The notes under the pieces: generated by a model
Seen by the model: only the letters and a program-made list of their open reading frames with translations
What the model was told of the DNA's origin: nothing
Databases searched by the model: none
Origin: Octopus sinensis
Taxonomy: Eukaryota
Reading direction: 5' to 3'
Length of the DNA stretch: 64,000 nt
Assembly: GCF_006345805.1 (NCBI RefSeq)
Contig: NC_043012.1
Coordinates: forward strand, 26,970,001-27,034,000
Translations under genes and position numbers: made by a program
Shown here: positions 38,553 through 51,422 of the stretch, piece after piece
Layout: every line of letters starts with the position of its first letter
Position numbering within the stretch: the stretch's first letter is position 1

Positions 38553-38709
38553 AAATGGATAAATGAATTATCTTGTTACGGATTATTCAAAAGATAACCG
38601 ATACCTGGGTAGCAAAAATCACAACAGAAAAATCACGGTTGAGGTTACGACCATGGGTTCTCAAACCCGTGCCTTAATGCGGAAATTTGAAGTTTATATA
38701 TTTTTACAC

Positions 38710-38803
<94 letters not shown>

Positions 38804-38984
38804 TGTATATTTACATGTATTTGTGAGATAGAAACTCTATCAAATCTTCTCAGGTGAACAGTAACTCAAAAGGACAGCCATGTCAGATTGTCATGGTGAA
38901 TATGCATAAGCATTAAGTTAAAGACAAAACTGTCTATGGAATACTCAGGCATTTATTTACACTGTAAAATAAGACGGTGAAATC

Positions 38985-39245
38985 GTGTGGCCTAGTGGTT
39001 AGTGTATTCGGTTCACGATCGTAACGTCGTGAGTTGTGTCCTTGTGCAAGACATTTTATTTCACGTCATTCCAGTCCACTCAACTGGCAAAAATTAGTTG
39101 TATCAGTAATTCAAGGGGCCAACTTTGTCACATTCTATGTGACACGCTGAGAATATCTTTGAGAATTACGTTAATTTCACGAACTGGCTATTCCGTTGAT
39201 CGGATCAACTGGAACATTCGTCGTCGTTACCGACGGAGTGCCCCG
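38985..39245 (+). mobile_element. Old family C-related SINE
   Basis: tggcctagtggttag head; 3' cgttaatttcacga..ttccgttgatcggatcaactggaa..gtcgtcgttaccgacggagtg. Confidence 0.75.
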
Positions 39246-39519
39246 ACCAATATAAGATGATTTTCCTGAGTATCACTTTAAATTACATCAAATGAGACTC
39301 TGGTTCGGGAGTCTGGAATTACCCCTTAGCCACTACTATTTCCAATGTCTTTTCTGATTCAGAGTAGCAGATACTTATACTTATAGGTTTCAGACAGAAT
39401 CAGTATGTTACTGTGTGTGACAGAGCTAGACCTTAGAAACTACACGTATACTCCAGACGAACAATAAAGAGTCATGGTGTTGCTGCTGGTGTTTCGGTGT
39501 ACAGAACAGCCTGCACGAT

Positions 39520-39731
39520 GTATATACAAGTCGATTACATCGACCCCGTGCGTAACTGGTACTTAATTTATCGACCCCAGAAGGATGAAACGCAAAGCCG
39601 ACCTCGGCGGAATTTGAGCTCAGAACGTAACGGCAGACGAAATACCGCAAAGCATTTCGCCCGGCATGCTAACGATTCTGCCAGCTCGCCGCCTTAAAGC
39701 GAATTTCTTGCCCATTCAGCGAATTTACCAT
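39520..39731 (-). mobile_element. SINE family B with the same 5' leader as 37850
   Basis: Reverse complement begins tatggtaaattcgctgaatgggcaagaaattcgctttaaggcggcgagctggcag. Confidence 0.85.
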
Positions 39732-39986
39732 ATTCTTACAGAGGAAAAGGTCTGGTAAAACAAGTGTCAAGAGCGCAGCCGTTGATAAGATGCAAGATTT
39801 GGATGGTGTTACCATATCTTAGATGAAAAGCTAAAGAACCCAGGGTAGGTGGAAGGTTTCATCTACCCTGGATCCGTTGGGGTGTCTGTAAGCAACTTTC
39901 TTCCGGGGGCAATTTCGTGACATGCTAATTAACCTATAGGGAACCCTAATAGTTGCCTCTACTCGGAGTCAGTGAAGATCTTGGAC

Positions 39987-40069
<83 letters not shown>

Positions 40070-40257
40070 CACATATATATATGTGTATATGTATATATAT
40101 ATATATTATGTGAAATAGAAAGATGAATAATCTTGTTGCAGATTAATCAAAAGTTTAACCGATACCTTGGTAGCAAAAATCACAGCAGAAGACAGCACGG
40201 TTGGAGGTACAACAATATGGTGTTGCAACCGTGCGTTGGTGCGGATAATTGAATATT

Positions 40258-40828
40258 AATATTATTAGTGAATTGAAGAAATGGAGTTGAACGAAGATTG
40301 AACAGAAATCGTTTTATTTCATTCTACACGTGTTTCGAAAGGCACAATTTACCAAATTCCGATTGAATAATGAGACCATATTGTGTCTTTCTCTTCAGGA
40401 AGAAATAGGAAATCCGTTGGAAAAAACAAAAACAGAACAGAGGCGGAGCAAAACAAATCGAACGAGGCTCCTAAGAGCCCATGGCCAAACTGTTTATCAG
40501 TGTATGTTGAAAACGGGTGGTGGGTGCGTTGAAGATTTTAACGGGTCAGGCAGCGGTCATTCCGGTGGGTGAGGGCACGGGGTGCGTAGATGTTCTTTGT
40601 GACCGAGAGTAAAGTTCTGACTATTTAAAGAATATTAGGTGTATTATATGGGGCGGGACAAAATCTACTTAGAGACATGTGTGTGTGTGCTGTTCTATAT
40701 ATGTGTGCGGGCGCAAGTTGGTAAGAAGCGCTACATTCTGGTCACTGCTGAGAAATCCGTCAAGAATGTAGAATGAAATAAAACGATTTCTGTTCAATCT
40801 TCGTTCAACTCCATTTCTTCAATTCACT

Positions 40829-40836
<8 letters not shown>
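40258..40836 (-). mobile_element. Penelope-like element remnant: inverted ~70-bp termini with a hammerhead motif
   Basis: 40261-40328 is the reverse complement of 40767-40836 and encloses a type I hammerhead; the inverted pseudo-LTR tail arrangement is characteristic of PLEs (inference; no RT or GIY-YIG frame recognised). Confidence 0.55.
40315..40407 (-). ncRNA. Type I hammerhead ribozyme motif
   Basis: Minus strand: UAUUUCUUC-CUGAAGA-GAAAG.A.CACAAU[loop]AUUGUG.C.CUUUC-GAAA-CACGUG-UA^GAA(U)GAAAUA. Intact core, G10.1-C11.1 pair, stem II 5+6 bp, palindromic stem III ACACGUGU, GUA cleavage triplet, stem I 9 bp with a 1-nt bulge. Confidence 0.8.
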
Positions 40837-40871
<35 letters not shown>

Positions 40872-41114
40872 GTGCGTGTGTGTGTACATATATATCTATG
40901 TATGTATATATACATAGGTATATATGTGTATATATATATGTGTACATATATATATGTATGTATATATACACGTATATATATATATATGTGTGTGTGTCTG
41001 TGTGTATATATATATATGTGTGTGTGTACATATATATATATGTATGTTTATATATATGTATATATATATATGTATATATGTATGTATAAATATATGTATA
41101 TGTATATACATACA

Positions 41115-41157
<43 letters not shown>

Positions 41158-41354
41158 CAAATATATATACGTATATATATAGTTATGGTATATTCTGTTA
41201 AGAACGTAGTGAAGTACAGTATAGAGCTCGTCCACCTTCACATTTAACCCTGTGCCATCTAGTAGTAGTAGTAGTATTAATATACTTCCAGGTTTGCATC
41301 TGGGCATCTGTTGTGTGTGAATAGATAATGGACTCCATTTTTTTCAATTATATG

Positions 41355-41429
<75 letters not shown>

Positions 41430-41869
41430 ATATATATACTTTATTTAAAGCAGCAGTACAAACATACCTGGAATTATGAGATGCAGTTTACCTATTGTCA
41501 ATATCATCAGCCTGTTTTACTTTTAAAATCTGTTTTACGTCTTAACTCCACGAATAATATCACTAGCGTTCGTCGATGATTTATCGAAATACTGTGTTAG
41601 TTTATGTTATATTTTTACACTGTTTTACTATGTATAACGAGAATTTAAAACTTGGAATCCGATGAGTTATGAGGGTTGTTAAGTTAAGACTTGTTCTAGC
41701 GCTTCAGTGAATAAATCGTATACAAAGTTCATGGCGAAAGCAATTTTATTTCCTTCTTTCTGGTTAACAACTAGGAAATAGAAATTTACACCGTGTATAC
41801 AAAATGGCATGGAGTGTACCAATAAATAATCGAATAAATAAACAATAGATACTAATAATAATCCTTTTT

Positions 41870-42490
41870 ACTATAAACACAAGGATTGGAGTTTGTGGAG
41901 GTGGGGGGGGGGCTAATCGATCACATAGACCCCAGTACTTGACTGGTATTTAATTATTTATCAAACCCGAAAGCATGAAAGGCAAAGTCGACCCCGGCGG
42001 AATTTGAATTCATAAATACTAATAATAACAATGATAATCATTTCTACTAAAAGCTAAGACCTGAAAGTTTGCCGGGGAGACTAGTTGATTACATCGACCC
42101 CAGTGTTTCACTGGTACTTAATTTATCGACCCCGAAGGATGAAAGGCAAAGTCGACCTCAACGGAATTTGAACTCAGAACGTAAAGACAGATGAAATGCT
42201 GCTGAGCATTTTGCCTGACGTGCTGACGATTCAGCCAAATCACCACCTTCATAATAAAAATGGTAGCAATAATAAGGATAATTATTATTATTATTATTAT
42301 TATTAATATTATTTTTATTAATATAGTGATTATTATTATTATTATTATTATCATTATTAATAATAATAATAATATAATGATGATGATGATTATTATTATT
42401 AATAATATGTTTATTATTATTATTATTATCATTATTAATAATAATAGTAATATAATGATGATGATGATTATCATTATTAATAATATAATG

Positions 42491-42531
<41 letters not shown>

Positions 42532-42640
42532 TTCTACTCTGGGCGCAAGGCTTTGAAAATTTTAGAAGGGGGACCCCAGTGCGTAACTGGTACTTATTTA
42601 ATCGGCCCCGAAAGGATGAAACGCAAAGTCGAACTCGGCG
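41870..42640 (-). mobile_element. Cluster of SINE family B fragments interleaved with (AAT)n/(ATT)n tracts
   Basis: Repeated ctggtact..atcgaccc..gaaaggatgaaaggcaaagtcgac motifs. Confidence 0.8.
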
Positions 42641-42716
<76 letters not shown>

Positions 42717-43820
42717 CTGAATCCGGTTATAAATACCTGGGAATACTTGAGGTAAATGAAATGAAATACAACGATATGAAAGAAAAAGACAAAGAAAAAA
42801 CGCCTGCGACGAGGGAGAAACTTATTTGCTTCAAACCTGAATGCCAGTAACATAATTTCGGTAATAAACTCGCGCGCAGTCGCAGTAGTTCGGTATTGCT
42901 CTTGAATCCTGAAGGAGACAGAGTAGGAGCTAAAGGAGTTTGACAGGAAGACGAGAAAGCTCCGAACGATGCCTAGAGCCCTTATTGGCAACCAGTGCAG
43001 ACACTGGTCTGCCAATACACGAAGAGAGCAAATGGAGAAAGGGGACTGATAAATGTAAAAGACTGCATACATATCGAACTCGGGAGGTTAATGAGAGACC
43101 CCAAACTAAGGAAAGCTTGCAAATGTCTGTTAGGAATTAGTGTGTGTTGAAAGCTGGAAAAAGAGACCAAAAAAAAGGATGTACAAAAAGTACATGAAGA
43201 AGCATTAAGCAACAAGGGCCTACACAATCAATTCCACGCATCCACAACTGTAGTTGCTGGGAAACAGATGGGATTGGCTGAAAAAAAGGGACACTGAAAA
43301 AAGAGACTGAGAGAACTAATTGGACAGCGCAAGACCAAGCTTTGACCACGAATTGGAGCGTCAATCTTAGGAATGAGCAAATGTCTCCACTGTGTCGCAT
43401 CTGTAACAGAGTGGACGAAACCATTGCTCATATCGCGAACGAATGACTTAGACTTACCCCAAACCATTTCAAGTTGTGACGATAAGTGAAAGTGTAACAT
43501 TGGAAACTGGGAGAAAAGTGGGGGCGGTAAAGAGAGGCAAGACGTGATATGAGTACAAATCGCAGAGAGTGGCGGAGTCAGAGACCTAGAAAATCCTCAG
43601 GGATTTCCCGATCCAAACAGATCATGTGCTAGAAGATAACAGATCGGACCTAGTGGGCAAGATGCACCACCTGTGCTATATAGTTGATGTTGCATGCCCC
43701 TTTGACCCAAGAAAGGCGAAAAAATAGATATATACAATCCTCTTAAGTACGAAATAGCCTGACTGTAGAAAATGAAGAAGGTGAAGATAGTGCCAATTAT
43801 TGTTGGGTCCTTGGGGACAG
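42717..43820 (+). mobile_element. 5'-truncated, decayed non-LTR retrotransposon with restriction-like endonuclease (R4/Dong clade)
   Basis: Fragments in order: GYKYLGILE, ..NIISVINSRAVAVVRY, AQDQALTTNW, CRIC..ETIAHI (CCHC-type knuckle), DFPIQTDH..DL..CYIVDVACPFD, KVKIVPIIVGSLGT. Many stops and frameshifts; abuts (AAT)n 42642-42716. Confidence 0.85.
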
Positions 43821-43835
43821 ATAGGATGATACCGT

Positions 43836-44130
43836 TTACACAAGGCCTGAAATTTGGAGGGAGGGGACCAGTCAATTACATCAACCCAGTATGCAACTGG
43901 TATTTAATTTGACGACACCGAAAGGATGAAAGGCAAAATTGATCTCGGCGGAACTTGAACTCAGAACGTAGCGACGGGCATTTCGCCCTCCTTGCTAACG
44001 ATTTTGTCAGCTTGCCAATAATAATAATCTTTTCTACTATGGACACAAGGCCTGAAATTTAGGGGGATGGGGGATAGTCGATTACATCGACTCCAGTGTT
44101 TATCGACCCCAAAAGGATGAAAGGCAAAAT
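43836..44130 (-). mobile_element. SINE family B fragments
   Basis: acacaaggcctgaaattt..gaaaggatgaaaggcaaa motifs. Confidence 0.75.
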
Positions 44131-46281
44131 AATAATAATAATAATAATAATCTTTTCCACTATAAACTTAAAATAAGTTGGGTGAATAAAACAACTAATG
44201 AGAGGATCCTTTGCAAAATAAAATGCGAGGTTTCAAATTTTGGTACAGCTTAAGTGGAACGGATTAATCGATTACATAAATGTCATTACTTAACTGATTG
44301 AAAAACAAAATCGACCTCAACAGAATTTGAACTCGGATTGTAAATGGCCGGAAGAAAAATGGCTAAGCATTTGCCCAACCCGCGACATGAATACAAGTAG
44401 TTTAATATTAGAGATCATTACTTGCCACTTCATAGAAATATCCTTTAATACCGAGTAAATTGCAGCGAATCAAATCGAAGTATTGACGAGAATTTTCAAG
44501 GATAAATTTGATTTGGAACTACTTGTAAAATTTATTGATCTTTATTCCGCATAAATAATATCTTACAAAGGTTCGTACTGGCTACCATATTGGATGTCAC
44601 GTGTAAAGAAACTAAAGGAGAACGAATATCAACACCGAACCTATTCAATCCTCTCCTCACAAGAAAGTGAGCCATATTGTTCAGCCCATTCTTATAAGGG
44701 AATCGCGTACTTTGAAATCGATGCTTAAAGGGAATGGAAATGGAGCGTGCAAAACTCAATAAAGCTAGAAAGAAAGGCATAAAAGGACACTAAAGGAATA
44801 CGTTTCTATTCCTCTATGTGAATATTCCTCTGCTATACCCAACGCCAAAAGTGAAAACGAAACTACGACAGTATTCTCGTATAAAATTTGGAGAATAAAG
44901 CATAACCTTGATCTAGAAGTGACATAGAATCAAAAGAAATAACTTTAATATGATGCAGTCTCAAAACCAGCAAAGTGTCAGAAACTCTTTTCTTTATTCA
45001 CCATAAGCGGTTTAAATGGACAGGGGACGAAATCAAGGACAGGCAAACAGGCAAACAGACAAGGGATCGGGGATCGAATGGGGGGGTAACAGAGTGAAGG
45101 ATGAACGTTAAAAATACAAAAATAGAATTTTGATAAATTCAAAAAATGGAATGCTTAAAGCAAAAATGAAGCAGGGTGGCTCCACAAACCACATTCTCAC
45201 ACTGAAGACTTTGTTTTTCCTTTTATGTTTTCGCTTAAACAGGTTCTTTCACTCTCAATGTGTCAAAAAAGGAAATAGAATATTACATAATGAAAACAGA
45301 AATAATGTAAATGTAACAAACAGCATGAATATAACCATTGAGATAAGCATGAAGATCGACCAAAGTCTTGTAAACCAAGGGACAAAAACAAAACCTTAGG
45401 ACATCTGTAGAATACAGAATATTAATCAGCAACAACCGAAGCGGAACAAAATGTAAAACTAAATAAAAGAAAACCTGATTTAGCTTTAAGAATAGGAAAT
45501 TGTAAACATGGAAATAGTGACTATGGTAATGTATAGGTTGAAATAATTATATTACTATAATCAATAGAAGATTTTCCTACTGACCACGAAAGGAATTTCC
45601 AATTGTAAAAACTGAACGATGAAATAGCAACAAAGATAAAAAAAAATAATTGCAAGGCTGAGAGTTGCAGATATATTGAAAGCATACATGGAGATCAATA
45701 CACGAAATAATATATGCAGCAGCATCGGTAATTACAAAAGCAAATGGGTGTTTCTTCGGATTTACTCATACAAGAATATTTATGCTGAAGCAAACAAGGA
45801 AAACGAACATCCAGCCAAAAGTAGGGAAAAAAATTTGAATCCTTAATAAAATCAATAGCTAAAAACCATAACTTATAAAAGTATAACGAGGTACATGAAA
45901 CCGAAAAAAAAAAAACCGCTAGCAAAGAGCGTCTGAAACTAGGAAATATTCACTAAATTTTCCAAGAATTCTGTGATATGAAAGGCAACTATGATTCTTT
46001 GAACAGAACAAGTTCCATTCTAACCCCAAAAAATGATCTTACCAATAACTAATTAAAAATAGACAGAAACGATTATCGATTAATAAAACTCATCACCCCC
46101 TTCCCCACCCCTACCTCGCAAGCAGTTTGTAGAATTGTGCTAATGTTAGAAATCTGTAATTTATATTATTTAATTAAAATAAGCAGATCGAAATTAAATA
46201 TTCTCACCTCATCATAACGTATTTGTTTTACACTTCGACAGAAAGAACTCTTCCCACATTAATATTACTACTACTACTATT

Positions 46282-46332
<51 letters not shown>

Positions 46333-46699
46333 TTCTGTTTGCCAAGTCGGAGGTGTTGGTGATTATTCTGGCTTTGTTCACTTCTGGTTTTGTTCAAGCC
46401 GCTAACAGCATCTTTTAATATTCAGTACACATCACAGCATTCTAACTGTACCTTGGAGGTATGCCTTCTGTAGTTTTACTAAGTTAATTTGCTATCCTGA
46501 TTGTACAAAGTCATTTAGTGATATTTTTAGACACTATACCTACCAATTGTATCATAACAGGAATTATAATATTAAGCAATGCTTATGTTTTTTAATAGAA
46601 AGGCGTATTAATCGCGAATGAAATTGTAGTTTATACACCTGCAAGAATTTCGAGAATTTTGTCAACAAGCACATGCATTTTAAAAGTTTTTAGAAACAA

Positions 46700-47330
46700 A
46701 GAAAAGTATTGACCCTCCTCCGCCTGAATAATTAGTTGAAGTGTCCTTCCTTTCCACCCTCCTTCTGTTTCTGTGACAGCCACCTTCTCGATTCCAACAA
46801 GGACAGCTGCCGCTACCCAAGCCACTTCTATATCCGGTGGGTTTGCTTCTACCCTCACCTTGGAAGTCTTTCTTCCAAGATACGTGGGCCGAAGCACTAC
46901 TTCCTCCGTCCTCGCCACTACCCTCGCCTCTTCCACTGTCCTAAACTGGACAACCACCGTCCCGTATTTACTTCCTCTTGTTATATACGCAATTTGGCTC
47001 GATTGTTCCTCAGTGCCTTTTCTATTTTTTTCCGTTTCCACCTGTTCAAACCTCTTATTCTCCAAGGAGTGTACCTTGTAGGTGATGGTCTTCTTTTCCA
47101 TGCTCTCCATAATTCTTTTAGGCGGCGACAACTTCACGTCGCTGCCCACCTTCTGTATCATCTTGCCGTACTCCTTCAGTATAGCCAGGTTCACTTACCT
47201 TCTCTTAACCTCCGCAGCCTCAGCAAAACTCCTTTTTTCTAATATTTTATCCACGCTCTCACGAGCTCCTCCTCTGCTGAAGACAACTCAGACCTGCTAA
47301 AGTCTGAGTAAATTGTCTCTATCCTCAAAC
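46700..47330 (-). mobile_element. Probable LINE ORF1 (RRM-like) remnant, L1/Tx1-like
   Basis: 187-aa non-repetitive ORF 46631-47194 with RNP-like YGTVVVQFRTVEEAR and LRPTYLGRKTSKVRV; GC-richer than the flanks; no splice pattern; family assignment tentative. Confidence 0.4.
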
Positions 47331-47479
47331 CTTAACAAATACCAACGTCCGACACAAACGGCAAACCAAATGCACTCTGAGTAACGAATGCGCGGAAGCA
47401 AGCGTCTTACCACACAGCCAATGCGTGTACGTGGATGGGCCCCTGTCAATAAATAGTGGAATCGTTATTATTGCTCATA

Positions 47480-47707
47480 GAACGGTGAGTTGGCAGTTTT
47501 ATTAGAGCGTAGGAAAAAATATGCTTTTCGGTGTGTCTCCCGTCTCTCTACGTTCTGAGTTCAAAATCTCACCGAGGTTAGCTTTGTATTTCATCCATCT
47601 GGGGTTAATGAAGCCAAATACGAGTCTTTTTTCGGATGGATTGTTTAGACTTACCACATCCCCTCAAAAATATTTGTATAACTTGTGCCTAAACCAGGAA
47701 ACATCAT

Positions 47708-47751
<44 letters not shown>

Positions 47752-48120
47752 TGCTGGCAGAATCGTTAGCACCCCGGAAAAAATGCTTAGTGGCATTTCA
47801 TCTGTCTTTACATCCAGAGTTCAAATTCCACCGAGGTCGACTTTGCCTTTCATCCTTTCGGGGGTTGATGTATTCGACTAGCCCCCACCCACAAAGTTTC
47901 AGATCTTGTGCCTATAGTAGAAAGGATCCATTTAAGGCGGCGAGCTAAGAAAATCGCTAGCACGCCGGAAAAAAAAGTTTAGTGGCATTTCTTCTGTCCT
48001 TACGAGCTGAGTTCAAATTTCTTAGAGGTCGACTTTGCCTTTCATCTTTTCGGAGGTCGATGAAATAAGTACCAGCTAAATGCTGGGATCGATGAAATCG
48101 ACTGGCTCTCGACCCAATAA
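47480..48120 (+). mobile_element. Several diverged SINE family B copies in series
   Basis: Repeated tggcag..gttag..gagttcaaa..gaggtcgactttgcctttcatc motifs. Confidence 0.8.
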
Positions 48121-48224
48121 TTTCAGGTCTTGAGCCTATAGTTGATTATTAATTCAAGATTCATGATTTGAAGAGTAACTGATAAAAGGTTTTGCAACAT
48201 TTTTTCTGCCTCTATATGTTTTGA

Positions 48225-48607
48225 CTGGAGGCGCAATGGCCCAGTGGTTAGGGCAGCGGACTCGCGGTCATAGGATCGCGGTTTCGATTCCCAGACCGGG
48301 CGTTGTGAGTGTTTATTGAGCGAAAACACCTAAAGCTCCACGAGGCTCCGGCAGGGGATGGTGGTGATCCCTGCTGTACTCTTTCACCACAACTTTCTCT
48401 CACTCTTACTTCCTGTTTCTGTTGTACCTGTATTTCAAAGGACCGGCCTTGTCACTCTCTGTGTCACGCTGAATATCCCCGAGAACTACGTTAAGGTTAC
48501 ACGTGTCTGTGGAGTGCTCAGCCACTTACACGTTAATTTCACGAGCAGGCTGTTCCGTTGATTCGGATCAACCGGAACCCTCGTCGTTGTAACCGACGGA
48601 GTGCTTC
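48225..48607 (+). mobile_element. SINE family C, young copy with 13-bp TSD
   Basis: TSD ctatatgttttga at 48212-48224 and 48608-48620. Confidence 0.95.
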
Positions 48608-48774
48608 CTATATGTTTTGAGTTCAAATTATATCGAGCTCAAATTTACCTTTCGTTCCTTGTGGATCACTAAAAATAAAATACCACTAAGTAGTGAAGTT
48701 GATATAATCGACTATTCCTGTAATACAAATTCCAGGCCTTGTGTTTTTGTAATGAGCCATTAATATTCCTTTTT

Positions 48775-49331
48775 TACCCTAGGCACAAGGCCCGAAATTT
48801 TGGGGGAGGGGCAAGTCGATTATATCAATCCCAGTACGAAACTTGTACTTAAATTATCTATCCCGAAAGGATGAAAGGCAAAGTCGACCTCGGCGGAATT
48901 TGAACTCAGAACGTAGCGGCAGATGAAATACCTATTTATTTACTACCCACAAGGGGTTAAACACAGAAAGGACAAACAAGGACAGACAAACGGATTAAGT
49001 CGATTATATCGACCCCAGTGCGTAACTGATACTTATTTAATCGACCCCGAAAGGATGAAAGGTAAAATCGACCTCGGCGGAATTTGAACTCAAAATGTAA
49101 CGGCAGACGAAATCCCTATTTCTTTACTACCCAAAAGGGGACAAACAAGGACAGACAAACGGATTAAGTCGATTATATCGGCCCCCAGTACGTAACTGGT
49201 ACTTATTTAATCGACCCTGAAAGGATGAAAGGTAAAGTCGACCTCGGCGGAATTTGAACTCAGAACGTAACGGCAGACGAAATTCGGCTAAGCATTTCGC
49301 CCGGCGTGCCAACATTTCTGCCAGCTCGCAC
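48775..49331 (-). mobile_element. SINE family B trimer
   Basis: Three tandem body units; head at the right end (..ctgccagctcgc). Confidence 0.9.
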
Positions 49332-49640
49332 ACCTTTATGAGCCATTAATATTGTTCTTTTAATCCCGAGGTTTGGATCGAATTAAAAGTTTAGAAAGTA
49401 ACATACATCTAAAGAAGAGAAAACGAAATAAGGAATTAAAAGAAACAAGATCACGCGCTCAAACACACACACACACACACACATACACACACAAGGCACG
49501 GAATAAACACCTCTACACATAAGCACCCTATAAATTATGTGTAAGTTAAACACTTCCTAACCGAACGGAAACTGAGTTCGTTTCGTTTTCATGGTTAAAA
49601 TAAATACGAAAAGCAAAAATTGTAATCAAAACGAAAACCG

Positions 49641-49680
<40 letters not shown>

Positions 49681-49745
49681 CGTACATACATGTGTGTATA
49701 TGTGTGAGTATGTATATAATATATATATATACGTACATACATATA

Positions 49746-49791
<46 letters not shown>

Positions 49792-50566
49792 CATATATAT
49801 ATATTATATATATATATATACATACGTATATATATCTATATATATAAACACTCACACACACACACACAGACACACACACACACACATATATACATGGGCG
49901 GGAAAGACAAAACGAAAACCAAATAAGAAAATATGACACATCGTAACACTCGACGAGTGTTTTAATCTAAATTTAATACAATAATGATTTATTTTGGATA
50001 ATTTCATAATAAAGGGTGTTTAAACGAATCACACGTCTTTGTACAGTTAAGTTTGCTGTAACAACAACACAAACAACAACAACAACTATAACGTCTATAA
50101 CAACAACAGCAACTACAATAACAACAACACCAACGGCAACAGGAAATTTTGTTATTAATCATTATGTTCATAACTACCATTATTAGCACCAGATCAACGT
50201 CGTTGGTGTCGTCGACGCCATCATCGCCATCATCTTTGAAGAATTGATCTTTTGCTATTTTAGAAATTCGATACCGTATAAATAAAATTTTGGATGAACA
50301 TGAAGCTAATAGAAAGGAAATTGAATTCTTTGAAAGAAAAACTGATATTATATGAAAATATTTGGAAAATTAAAAATACTTAGAAAACCATTTTTTTTTT
50401 TTTAAATTCCAGTTGTAAGATGAACAAAAATCAAAACGTAAATTTAAATTATTGATAATTTGGTATCATTATATGGACGGCACCGTCCGGTTCCACGAGG
50501 AACTTTCTATATGGCAGCTTGACTTGCTACAAATAGCAACCAAATATATTTCAAAATCACATCATA

Positions 50567-50838
50567 TTACTCTCTTTTACTCTTTTATTTGTTTCAGTCA
50601 TTTGACTGTGGCCATGCTGGAGCACCGCCTTTAGTCGAGAAAATCGACCCTAGGACTTATTCTTTGGAAGCCTAGTACTTATACTATCGGTCTCTTTTGA
50701 CGAACCGCTAAGTTACGGAGACGTAAACACACCACCATCGGTTGTCAATCGATGTTGGGGGGACAAACACAGACATATACACACACATATATACATATAT
50801 ATATATACACACACATATATACATATATATATATATAT
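50567..50838 (-). mobile_element. SINE family A 3' half; its 5' half continues at 51421 after the inverted duplication
   Basis: Tail to internal (TA)n present; the 5' half acgacaggcttc..ttactacacagc lies at 51421-51570. Confidence 0.8.
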
Positions 50839-51369
50839 ACCACACAGCCACTCCTGCGCCAACAAGTTCCTGTGGAATATCGCAGGAATATCTGAAATCT
50901 TTTAAGAATTTTACACTAATCATAGAAATTTACACTAAGAGGATTTACACACATCCTCACCCACCTTCCCTCCAACTTGCAGGCCTTGTGTCTCTAGTAG
51001 AAACGATCATTATTATTATTTAGTCCCAAGATGGCAGCATTTCTCACAACCCTTTACCTTCTGAGTTCAATCCCGCCGAGCTCACCTTTGTTTTTCATCC
51101 TCTCAGGATCAATAAGATAAGTACCTGAGGAGTACGGAATCGGTGTTGCAGATTAATCGTCTCCTCTTAAAATTGCTGGCCTGGTGCCAAATTTGAAACT
51201 ATTCTAAGTCGCTGTGTAGTAAGTAGCTTGCTTACCAGCCACATGGTTCCGGGTCATTCCCACTGTGTGGTACCTTGGGCAAGTGTCTTCTACTATAGCC
51301 TCGGCCGACCAAAGCCTGGTGAGTGGATTTGGTAGATGGAAACAGCAAGAAGCCTGTCGTATATATATA

Positions 51370-51422
<53 letters not shown>

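Noticed and set aside
39835-39960. Hairpin plus possible HDV-like ribozyme (gcaact..ctaat agttgc)
   Set aside because: A P2-like pairing exists, but P1, P3 and L3 could not be built.
42158-43072. 304-aa minus-strand ORF
   Set aside because: Chance read-through of (ATT)n tracts, SINE pieces and the antisense of the LINE remnant.
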